64,000 bases of DNA from positions 133,673-197,672 of the forward strand of contig JBQLZK010000004.1 of NCBI GenBank assembly GCA_052168235.1. The letters run 5' to 3'. Made by a program: the position numbers and the translations under genes. Shown here piece by piece: positions 53,300 through 61,736 of this stretch. The notes beneath the pieces were generated by a model that saw only the letters and a program-made list of their open reading frames with translations, was not told the origin of the DNA and searched no databases. Numbering within the stretch: the first letter of the stretch is position 1; each line of letters starts with the position of its first letter. Source of the DNA: Thainema sp. GTDB lineage: Bacteria > Cyanobacteriota > Cyanobacteriia > Phormidesmidales > Phormidesmidaceae.

Positions 53300-53521
53300 G
53301 GTAATGATTTTGGAGCTACCAGTTTTTGAGTTTAGTTGCATATCACAACTGATCGAGAACCATTTGGTGCGATCGCGCCTATAGTAGGGCGTAACCCCTT
53401 AGGGTGTACCCCCAAACGGTTGCATCCGCTTCCAGCCTAACCTAGGCTTGAAAATTCGCTGCCAAATCGCTTTAATTTTTAAGCTCGCCTATTCTCTGTT
53501 TGTCTGCCTGGGTGATCTGTA

Positions 53522-55465
53522 ATGACTGCTGAGCCTCGAATCCAATGCGTTGAGGAATCCTGCCTGTTTGCGGAGAATCCGCTTGGGCAGCGCGTTTGCA
53601 TCCAGTGTGAAACTCCACTGCCCTATCGCTACCTGTGGGCGGTCGGCGAACATGCGGATCACTACAGCGTCGGCACCGTTTTGGGCGATCACTACTATGT
53701 CGCGGCTCCCCGTACCTGGCTCAATCTCCGGCCTGCGGCTTCACCCAAAACTCCAGACACGGTTCCGGCTCGCGCCTTGCCTTACTTAAAGGCTCATTTT
53801 CATCGGTTTCACGTACCGGGACTCTATGAGATTTGGTACGGCGACGAAAATACAGCATCCCCGAACGACGCGATTTTGCTGCTGGACAACGTACCGTTTG
53901 ACCTTAAAGGTCAGTTGCGTCCCGCACTCTATAAACAGTGGCCAGGAGCGCCTGCCGTGCGGCAAGTGTATTGGCTCTGGCAAATGCTGGAGTTGTGGTT
54001 TGACTTAGCAGACTTGCAGCTTTCTGAAAGCGTTTTGAACTTGGAAGGAGTACGGGTAGACGGCTGGCGATTACGGCTGTGTGAGTTAATCCCCAATCCT
54101 ACGGCTGACCTGATTCCGCCGAAAACAGCGCTGAAGATTTTAGCTGAACTCTGGACAGATTGGATTCCTCAAGCTCAAGCCGCTGTTATGCAGCCACTAC
54201 AGAGCATCGTGGATCAGATGAAAGCAGGTCAAACCTCCCTCGAACAGGTGCGACGCCAGTTGAATCATCTGCTGCTGGAGCAGGCATCGCAATTACCGCT
54301 GCGTTTAACGGTGTCGGGCACGACAGACACGGGCAGACTGAGATCGCGCAATGAAGACTGCTGCTATCCCGATACGGAAGAACTAAAGCTGTTGCCACCA
54401 GACGATCCGGCCCGAGTGCCGCAGTTGGCCATTGTTTGTGACGGTATCGGCGGTCATGAAGGGGGCGAGGTGGCTAGCCAGATGGCCGTGCGATCGCTGC
54501 GTCCCCAAATGCAGGCATTACTCAAAGAAATTGCCGAACAGCCCGATCTGGTTTCGCCGGATACGATCATCAGCCAGATTGAAGCCTCGATTCGGGTGGT
54601 CAATAATCTGATTGACTTTCAGAACAATGCCTACGGTCGGGCAGAACGACAGCGGATGGGCACAACCCTGGTGATGGCGCTAGTGGTGCCGCAGCGGATT
54701 CAAGCCGCCGATGGCTGGCGACAGACCCATGAGCTATATCTCGCCTCCGTGGGAGACAGTCGAGCCTACTGGATTACGCCCAATGGCTGTCATTTGCTGA
54801 CCGTTGACGACGTAATTGCCGCACGGGAAACCCAGGCCGGACGAGCACTCTATGCTGCTGCCCTGCAAAAAGAGAATGCCGAGGCGCTCACTCAAGCATT
54901 GGGAACGCGCGATGCGGACTTCTTGCATCCCCACATTCAGCGGCTGATTCTGGATGAAGATGGGGTACTGCTGCTCTGCTCAGATGGGCTGAGTGACGGC
55001 AACCGGGTCGAACAGTCCTGGGCGCGATTTATTGGCTTAATCAGCAAAGAAATGGTGCCGCTGGAGTCGGTCGTCAACTCCTGGATCGACCTAGCCGATG
55101 AAAAGAACGGTCACGACAACATCGCCGTCGTTCTGATGCACTACCAAACTGGCGTTCGGTATCCCGGCACATCCCTGCCTGCGACCGCGCCCGAACCTGC
55201 ACCCGAACCACCGGAGTCGGAGCTAACAGAAGCCTCCCGCGCGTTGCTCTACGGTGAAGCCGGAGCCGATGATGAGGTCATTGCCGATCTGAATCAGCCC
55301 GTGCCGCCTGCACCACAGCGACAGCTCATGTTCTGGGTGGCGAGAATTGCGATCGCGCTTCTGGTCACAGTATTGGTCGGTACCATTGCCTGGTGGCAGC
55401 TTAACCGTTCGACCATAGATCCAGATGACCCTGGCTCAGAGTCCACATCAGACGTTACAGAATAA
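53522..55465 (+). CDS. PP2C-family Ser/Thr phosphatase with N-terminal Zn-ribbon and C-terminal TM
   Basis: RSRNED, VCDGIGGHEGGEVAS, MGTT, VGDSR, LLCSDGL, GHDN. Confidence 0.92.
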   Translation: MTAEPRIQCVEESCLFAENPLGQRVCIQCETPLPYRYLWAVGEHADHYSVGTVLGDHYYVAAPRTWLNLRPAASPKTPDTVPARALPYLKAHFHRFHVPGLYEIWYGDENTASPNDAILLLDNVPFDLKGQLRPALYKQWPGAPAVRQVYWLWQMLELWFDLADLQLSESVLNLEGVRVDGWRLRLCELIPNPTADLIPPKTALKILAELWTDWIPQAQAAVMQPLQSIVDQMKAGQTSLEQVRRQLNHLLLEQASQLPLRLTVSGTTDTGRLRSRNEDCCYPDTEELKLLPPDDPARVPQLAIVCDGIGGHEGGEVASQMAVRSLRPQMQALLKEIAEQPDLVSPDTIISQIEASIRVVNNLIDFQNNAYGRAERQRMGTTLVMALVVPQRIQAADGWRQTHELYLASVGDSRAYWITPNGCHLLTVDDVIAARETQAGRALYAAALQKENAEALTQALGTRDADFLHPHIQRLILDEDGVLLLCSDGLSDGNRVEQSWARFIGLISKEMVPLESVVNSWIDLADEKNGHDNIAVVLMHYQTGVRYPGTSLPATAPEPAPEPPESELTEASRALLYGEAGADDEVIADLNQPVPPAPQRQLMFWVARIAIALLVTVLVGTIAWWQLNRSTIDPDDPGSESTSDVTE

Positions 55466-55478
55466 AATCAGCCACCCC

Positions 55479-55549
55479 TGTTTTTGTGAAAGCTTAGCTA
55501 AGCCAAGCTTTCACAAAAATATTGGATTCTGATACGCGAGCTTGATAAT
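55479..55549. repeat. Family A-related palindromic element (18-bp stem, 1 mismatch)
   Basis: TTTTTGTGAAAGCTTAGC-TAA-GCCAAGCTTTCACAAAAA; reverse-complemented right flank TATCAAGCTCGCGTATCAGAATCC resembles the left flank at ~59387. Confidence 0.7.
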
Positions 55550-55716
55550 ATGCTCGGAATCAACTAGATCGATAAAGATCAAAAAGTATTTATAAATACA
55601 ATCTACTCAGCCCGCAACCCTATGCCACAATGATGAGTTGTGTGGGGTTGACATGAGTAGATCATATTCTGTACACCTTGTTGCACTATAGGACTACGAA
55701 AACACTGTTTGAAGCA

Positions 55717-55941
55717 ATGAATATTGGCGATCGCGTTCGAGTAAAAGATACTGTCGTTGTCTATCACAATCCTGAAAATCGGGGCAACGAAACCAACATC
55801 CAAGGTATGGAAGGTGAAGTTGTTGACATTGTAAAAGAGTGGAAAGGGCGTCCTGTGAGCGCCAATTTCCCGATCTATGTCAAATTCAGCAAGCGGTTCC
55901 GGGCTCATCTACGGGAAGATGAACTGGAAGTGGTTAGCTAG
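55717..55941 (+). CDS. ftrV: Ferredoxin-thioredoxin reductase variable chain
   Basis: MNIGDRVRV...VYHNP...WKGRPVSANFP...AHLREDELE. Confidence 0.92.
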   Translation: MNIGDRVRVKDTVVVYHNPENRGNETNIQGMEGEVVDIVKEWKGRPVSANFPIYVKFSKRFRAHLREDELEVVS

Positions 55942-56030
55942 GAAAGAATCGCTGCTCGTTGATGATTGTGCAGGCAACCATCATTCGCGAATATCTTTCA
56001 TAGACAGAACTAAAATTTCATACTTAGACT

Positions 56031-56065
56031 GAGGGGGTTGCTGATGAGTAATCCCCTTTGTTTTT
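56031..56065 (+). terminator. Probable terminator downstream of ftrV
   Basis: AGGGGGTTGCT...AGTAATCCCCTT followed by TGTTTTT. Confidence 0.6.
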
Positions 56066-56111
56066 GAGTGAGGAGCAGGGGAACATGTTTATCAGAGAAA
56101 ACCCGAAGACA

Positions 56112-56159
56112 TTGACGTTACATAGGGGCGAATAGCCATTCGCCCCTATGTAACGTCAA
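56112..56159. repeat. REP-like 22-bp perfect palindrome
   Basis: TTGACGTTACATAGGGGCGAAT-AGCC-ATTCGCCCCTATGTAACGTCAA; related copy at 24169-24205. Confidence 0.8.
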
Positions 56160-56264
56160 ATTGAGGCTCTAAAATTTTTGTTGATGAAATGAAATCACCC
56201 TAAGGTGAGGAGTGAGGAAGATTGTAGATAGGGTAAGCGGTTAACAGATGAATAGATAAGAAAA

Positions 56265-56340
56265 TGGTAGTCCTTGTAAGGTAATGATTTTTGAGTGTGT
56301 GGGCGGTGCCCACACACTCAAAAATCATTATCTGAATACC
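56265..56340. repeat. Palindromic element, family C copy 2 (23-bp perfect stem, GGT loop)
   Basis: TAATGATTTTTGAGTGTGTGGGC-GGT-GCCCACACACTCAAAAATCATTA; flanks shared with 34959-35035. Confidence 0.8.
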
Positions 56341-56402
56341 TAAAAAAGCAGATAAGAAATTGATAGATAAGAAAAGGGTGAGCTGGTAGATAGTGTTGAC
56401 GC

Positions 56403-57146
56403 ATGTTGATTGAACTGTGGTTACGGACGAGTGGAACTTGGATCAATGTGGCGACTGTGCTGGTGGGGGCAGGTTTGGGGTTGTTGCTGCGCGATCGCAT
56501 TTCCAAATCAATGTTACTGGCCATCACTCAAGGCGTTGGGCTGCTGACGCTGTTTCTGGGCATTACAATGGCGGGTCGGCTGCTGGATGTGAAGGCGGGA
56601 GCGGTGGATGGAATTATCATTGGCCTACTAGCGATGGTGTTCGGTGGCATTGTGGGAGAATGGGCGCAAATTGAGCAGAAGCTGGGGCAGGTAGGCGACT
56701 GGCTGAAGCGCCAGGTGCGGGGCAGCGGCCAGTTTACAGAAGGTTTTGTGGCAGCGAGTTTACTGTTCTGCATCGGGCCGATGACGCTGGTGGGCAGTAT
56801 CAACAATGGCTTGCTGAAGGATAATGCGCTGCTGACGCTGAAGGCGACGATGGATGGCTTTGCTGCGATCGCGCTGACTAGCAGCTTCGGTGCCGGAGTG
56901 GCGTTTTCGAGTTTGTCGGTGCTGGTTTACCAGGGAGCGCTATCGCTGGGGGCTGGTCTATTTGCGCAGGTGTTGCCCAATCCAGATACCAATCCTTTGG
57001 TTTTGCTGATGACCGGGGTTGGTGGCCTGATGATTTTGGGGATTGGCCTAAATTTGCTAGAAATTGCCAAGATTCGCGTTGCTTCATTTTTACCCGGACT
57101 AATGTTGGCTCCGCTGCTGTACGGCGTTTTTGTCCAGTTGTTCTAA
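56403..57146 (+). CDS. DUF554 family membrane protein
   Basis: GTWINVATVLVG, FTEGFVAASLLFCIGPM, KATMDG. Confidence 0.9.
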   Translation: MLIELWLRTSGTWINVATVLVGAGLGLLLRDRISKSMLLAITQGVGLLTLFLGITMAGRLLDVKAGAVDGIIIGLLAMVFGGIVGEWAQIEQKLGQVGDWLKRQVRGSGQFTEGFVAASLLFCIGPMTLVGSINNGLLKDNALLTLKATMDGFAAIALTSSFGAGVAFSSLSVLVYQGALSLGAGLFAQVLPNPDTNPLVLLMTGVGGLMILGIGLNLLEIAKIRVASFLPGLMLAPLLYGVFVQLF

Positions 57147-57168
57147 ACGTTACAGGAGGCTACGGATT

Positions 57169-57366
57169 ATGTTTCAACCCGGCGACACCGTTGTGTGGGC
57201 AAAGCGCGTATCAGGAGATTTCTTTTTTCCAGTCAAGGCAACGGTCTTGTCCGTGACGGAAAAGCGAGTCAAAATCTCAGCCTATGATCCCGATGAGAAG
57301 GGCGAGGGCGAGGTTATTCGCTATGTGTCGCCTAAGTTTTTGATGCCCTTTCAGGGCCAAGAGTGA
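57169..57366 (+). CDS. Small hypothetical protein (SH3/KOW-like beta-barrel pattern)
   Basis: AGGAGG RBS; MFQPGDTVVW...ATVLSVTEKRVKI...IRYVSPKFL. Confidence 0.65.
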   Translation: MFQPGDTVVWAKRVSGDFFFPVKATVLSVTEKRVKISAYDPDEKGEGEVIRYVSPKFLMPFQGQE

Positions 57367-57622
57367 CGTGCGATCGCACTATAATTCCTCGCAAACGCCT
57401 TTACACGTCAAAAATCAAGCTTTTTATCTCGACAACTTAACAAAACTTGATAAATAGCTACTGAGCTTGAAGATCAAGCCAAGAATACTGAGTTGCAAAA
57501 AATACATGAATCAGCCTGGGCACGGTAGGTACGAAGCCACCTTTTGCGTTTCTTGAGGGTTTGCACCTCAAAAAATTTGCAAAGCGGCTCGAATCTGTTG
57601 CGTTATCCAAAACATTTGATTC

Positions 57623-59359
57623 ATGAGTGTACGGAGTCGATTGATTGAACTGCTGCTTACCGTCACTACGTTAGGACTTTGTGCCTCAGTGACGCTGCCA
57701 GAAGCAGCCTCTGCCCAACCTGCAACCACGCCACAAGCGGCAAACTCAGATGCTGTAGATTCAACAACGGCTGACCTAGAATCAGCCGTTATCGCTGAAA
57801 TCAATCGAATGCGGGCAAATCCACCTGCCTATGCCGCGTGGCTAGAGGAGGTGAAGGCGTACTACGATGGCACGACGCTGGCGTTTCCGAATGAGGCGCG
57901 CGTGCGGACTGTGGAAGGAGTCGCCGCTGTCGATGATGCGATCGCAGTTCTCAGTCAGCTCGATCCGCTGCCACCGCTTGAACATTCTGCTGGTTTGAAT
58001 CTTGCCGCTGATGACCACGTTCAGGATCTGATGCGGATCGGGGCATTAACCTTAACGGGTAGCGATGGCAGTCAGCCTGAAGATCGAGTGGGTCGCTATG
58101 GTGAACTCTCTGGTCAGGCCGCTGAGTTGTTGAACTATGGCAACCAAACGGCGGCAGGGCTAGTCATGCAGCTTGTGATCAGCGACGGCAATCCTAACCG
58201 CACGTCACGGGCGACTCTGCTGCGCTCTGACTTTACGGTGATGGGCGTGGGTTGCGATCGCATGAGTCAACAAATGCTCTGTGTGTTGGACTACGCCAGC
58301 GACTATGCTGACAACGAGGGCTTAGGCAACGAGAACCTAAATGCTGAAGCCAGTACTGAAACCGCTGAGCCAATCGAAACCGTTAGCAGTAAGGTAGACA
58401 GTGTTGATAGTACGACCAGAGCCGAGACTCCTCGCGCCGCAACGCCTACCGCCGATCAAGACTCGCTAGAACCCGTTGCATCCGCTCACGATGCACCCGC
58501 GCAGGAATTATCCAACCAGGACATATCTAATCAGGCGTCCCAAAATCAGCAGACAGCCGTTTCCAGTCATCTTGATGCCAACGTTTCAGATCCTGAGCCA
58601 AGTCAGTTGGAGCAGGCAACCACTGACAGCAACTCTGATGCTGATTTTGTAGATAACGCTCAAACTCTCAGTGATTCATCAGCAGCCACACCTGTTGCAC
58701 CAGAAGCAAACGCTACTGAAATCGCGGCAGCTCCTCCATCTGCTAGTCCGTCTAGTTTTGAACTTTCTGAAGTGGAACGGGCTTTGATCGAGGAAACCAA
58801 TCTTTTGCGAGCCAATCCAGCCGCCTATGCCGAGAAACTGGAACGGCTATTGCCCCATTACGACGGTATGCAGCTCAAGCTGCCAAATCAGTCATTTATT
58901 CTTGAAACTGAGGAAGGCGTGAGTGCAGTAGAAGAAGCGATCGCAGTTTTACAGACTACCGATGCGCTACCGTTGCTTGAACCAGTGGCAGGTTTATCTT
59001 TGGGCGCAAACGATCATGCTGTTGACCTCAGGTTGAATAACCTGACGGGACATTACGGCAGCGATAACAGCGATCCATTTGAGCGGATTAGCCGCTACGG
59101 CACCTATCACGATATTGCAGGTGAAAATATCAGCTACAGCCCAATTCATACCGCTGAGTGGCACGTGATTCAGTGGCTGATTGATGACGGAGTTAGCGAT
59201 CGCGGCCATCGGGAAACGCTGCTGAAGCCAGATTATCAGGTCACTGGAGTCGCCTGTGAACCTCATGCCAGTTTTGGTAACGTTTGCGTAATGACCTACG
59301 CAGGCGAGTACACCAACAACGAAGAGGTTGAAACCTCTGTTGAGGTTGTGCAACGCTAG
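57623..59359 (+). CDS. Secreted protein with two CAP (SCP) domains
   Basis: Signal peptide; twice 'E.N..RANP..YA'; second domain has GENISY, DDGVSDRGHR; acidic S/T/A linker. Confidence 0.85.
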   Translation: MSVRSRLIELLLTVTTLGLCASVTLPEAASAQPATTPQAANSDAVDSTTADLESAVIAEINRMRANPPAYAAWLEEVKAYYDGTTLAFPNEARVRTVEGVAAVDDAIAVLSQLDPLPPLEHSAGLNLAADDHVQDLMRIGALTLTGSDGSQPEDRVGRYGELSGQAAELLNYGNQTAAGLVMQLVISDGNPNRTSRATLLRSDFTVMGVGCDRMSQQMLCVLDYASDYADNEGLGNENLNAEASTETAEPIETVSSKVDSVDSTTRAETPRAATPTADQDSLEPVASAHDAPAQELSNQDISNQASQNQQTAVSSHLDANVSDPEPSQLEQATTDSNSDADFVDNAQTLSDSSAATPVAPEANATEIAAAPPSASPSSFELSEVERALIEETNLLRANPAAYAEKLERLLPHYDGMQLKLPNQSFILETEEGVSAVEEAIAVLQTTDALPLLEPVAGLSLGANDHAVDLRLNNLTGHYGSDNSDPFERISRYGTYHDIAGENISYSPIHTAEWHVIQWLIDDGVSDRGHRETLLKPDYQVTGVACEPHASFGNVCVMTYAGEYTNNEEVETSVEVVQR

Positions 59360-59384
59360 TAACATATTTAGGTTGAGAATCCTT

Positions 59385-59490
59385 AATATCAAGTCTGCGT
59401 ATAAGAACCTAATTTATTTTTTGCAAAATGCTTGCTTAGCAAGCATTTTGCAAAAAATAAAGCATGGGTTTTCAACCGGACTCCATATAA
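59385..59490. repeat. Family A-related palindromic element (23-bp perfect stem, TTA loop)
   Basis: TTTATTTTTTGCAAAATGCTTGC-TTA-GCAAGCATTTTGCAAAAAATAAA at 59413-59461. Confidence 0.8.
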
Positions 59491-59582
59491 ATAGTTGCTG
59501 TGAATGCGTACACCATATGCATTCACAGCAACTAGAATTTAGTTTCTAGCTTCAGTTTTAACCATGATCACAGGTACAGAAT

Positions 59583-59822
59583 ATGAGTAAAGTCTTAAGG
59601 GCAACTTATCAGGATGGCAATTTGGTGTTGGATGAAAAACTAGATGCTGCTTTAGAAGGCCAAAAACTGACCTTAATTCTGATTGAAAATACTGATTCTT
59701 CAACTCAATCTGAAGCCGACTTGGAAAAACGTAAGCGTCAATTTTTAGACAAGGCAAAACGATATTCCGCCAAGTTACCTACAGGTTACAAGTTTGAGCG
59801 AGAAGAAGCTCATGAACGATAA
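59583..59822 (+). CDS. Putative antitoxin (AF2212/DUF104-like N-terminus)
   Basis: RATYQDGNLVLDE, C-terminal YKFEREEAHER overlapping the start of a PIN gene. Confidence 0.75.
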   Translation: MSKVLRATYQDGNLVLDEKLDAALEGQKLTLILIENTDSSTQSEADLEKRKRQFLDKAKRYSAKLPTGYKFEREEAHER

Positions 59823-60224
59823 GGTCTTTATAGACACCAATCTCTGGATTTTTTTTTTGCAAAAGATCCACCAGATAAGGGAGAAATGATTGCAGAAGTC
59901 ATCAACAATCAGACCGCATCACTGATAATCAGCACTCAGATTTTGGGAGAACTGTACAATGTCCTAACTCGAAAACGTATCTTTTCACAAGTGGATGCTC
60001 AAGCAATTGTCTTAGATCTAAGCGACGCGTTTTCTGTTTTGGAAGTTAATACATCAGAAGTTAGGCAGGCAATTGAAATCAATCTTCGTTACGGATACTC
60101 CTACTGGGACAGTTTAGTCATTGCAACTGCACTACAAAGCAACTGCTGCATTCTGTACTCCGAAGATATGCAGCATGAGCAGTTGATTGCAGATACGCTC
60201 AGAATTATCAATCCACTGCTTTAG
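59812..60224 (+). pseudogene. PIN-domain (VapC-like) toxin split by a frameshift in a T10 tract
   Basis: ATG 59812 gives MNDKVFIDTNLWI.. then TGA at 59887-59889; the rest (STQILGE, SYWDSLV, LYSEDMQH) is in another frame; one more T at 59849-59858 restores the ORF. Confidence 0.8.
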
Positions 60225-60255
60225 TGGAAATCTAATGAGAAATGATCAATAAATT

Positions 60256-61647
60256 TTACGCAGAAGTTGTCGAGGTTGTTGCTTTACTTGATGTTTCTGG
60301 ATCGAGTAGGCCAACGCCTGCGGTGAACTTGGGTGGAATGCTCGGTAGGCTCAGTCCCTGCTGAATGCCCTGCACCAGCAGCGCTAACAGATCAACTAGC
60401 TTGGGATCCCAGCGTTCTCCCTGTTGAGATTGGCAAGCTTCCAGAGCCGCAGTCAGGTGATCAGACGCTTCAGATGAGAGTACGGGAACGGCTTTACCGG
60501 ATTGTTCTTGGGCTGCAACGGCTTGAAAATGAGATGCAAGCGCCAGAATGCGCGATTCGAGCGGAATGGCATCGCCTTCCAGTTTGGCGGGTTGACCTGT
60601 GCCGTTCCACCATTCGTGCTGGTGGGTGATAATCTCGGCCACGGCTCGCAGTCGTGGCATGGTGCGTAACGCCTGCACTCCAGGATCCAACTGGCAACTA
60701 GGCCCTGCCTCTTCAGCCAGGGAATCCATCGATTGCACGGGGGCAATTCGGTGTAGAACGCTGGCTAGGCGGAGTCGCTTAAGCTGCCATGCGGGCATGT
60801 CGATGAGCTGACCCATCATTTCAGCTAGAGCCGCGACTTCTCCGGCTCCACCGGGATTGGTTGGATCAGACAAATCAACCAGTTGAGCCAGTCGCAAAAA
60901 TGCCTGTAGCTCATTCGACACCAGGTTGTAATCCAGTGCTTGGGTATGAGCGATCAAATCCTGTCCTAATTCTGACCGACTGGTTTGCAAATACTGTACG
61001 ACTTGGGCCACGACATCGCTCATTTCCAGCGTTTTGGGTGGGTTGTCCGACTGTAGATTGGCGGTGAACTGCTCGGCAGCCTGATAAAGCTGCTGCTGTA
61101 GATCGGGGTTGTAGGCACCGATATGCGCGATCGCAAGTTTCACGGTTTCCAGCACCAGCTCTGGCTCAAATGTCCAAAAGCCGTAGAACTTGCGGGCATG
61201 ATCTTCATCGGGCGTGCCTTCAGGGCCGTATTCTTCGGGTGACAACTCCTGGCAAAGTACCATCGCTGTGTATTCCGGCGACAGAATTATCAAATGCCAC
61301 TCTTGAGCGACGGGGTCATCCGGAGCGAGATCCACCAGCGTCACGTTGTCTCGCTGGCTGGTGGGATGCTCATGAAAGCCGGAGCCGGGAGTTGCCATGA
61401 TCGTGATGTGATCAGCGCAATCTGCGATCGCACCGTAGCGTTCCGCTTCTTGCAGATACCATTTCCCTTGCTGGAAGGCCGTAACCACTAATGGCTTATC
61501 CTGTGTGGCGAGAATGCAGTCTTCTAATGCATGGCAAAGGGCTACCAGTGTGTGCTTATAGTAAACTCCAAAGTTGAGCTGGGATGCACCGGAATCGGAA
61601 GACTTTTGCTTTTCGGCCAGTTGATGAAGAATCGATCCTTCTAACAT
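60256..61647 (-). CDS. DICT sensory domain + degenerate HD-GYP protein
   Basis: FGVYYKHTLVALCHALED, AFQQGKWY, EWHLII; HQHEWWNGTGQP, IPLESRIL. Confidence 0.85.
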   Translation of the reverse strand: MLEGSILHQLAEKQKSSDSGASQLNFGVYYKHTLVALCHALEDCILATQDKPLVVTAFQQGKWYLQEAERYGAIADCADHITIMATPGSGFHEHPTSQRDNVTLVDLAPDDPVAQEWHLIILSPEYTAMVLCQELSPEEYGPEGTPDEDHARKFYGFWTFEPELVLETVKLAIAHIGAYNPDLQQQLYQAAEQFTANLQSDNPPKTLEMSDVVAQVVQYLQTSRSELGQDLIAHTQALDYNLVSNELQAFLRLAQLVDLSDPTNPGGAGEVAALAEMMGQLIDMPAWQLKRLRLASVLHRIAPVQSMDSLAEEAGPSCQLDPGVQALRTMPRLRAVAEIITHQHEWWNGTGQPAKLEGDAIPLESRILALASHFQAVAAQEQSGKAVPVLSSEASDHLTAALEACQSQQGERWDPKLVDLLALLVQGIQQGLSLPSIPPKFTAGVGLLDPETSSKATTSTTSA

Positions 61648-61736
61648 AGGTAATGGTTAAATGATAGTTTTCAGCGATTTTGAAAAATTGAGCGATGTAA
61701 AACGGTAAGCATTTAATTGACGCGTTATGGGCGCGT

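Noticed and set aside
2849..59490. Palindromes as CRISPR repeats or integron attC sites
   Set aside because: They are dispersed single copies with no repeat-spacer periodicity, no cas or integrase gene, and no attC R-box/extrahelical-base pattern.
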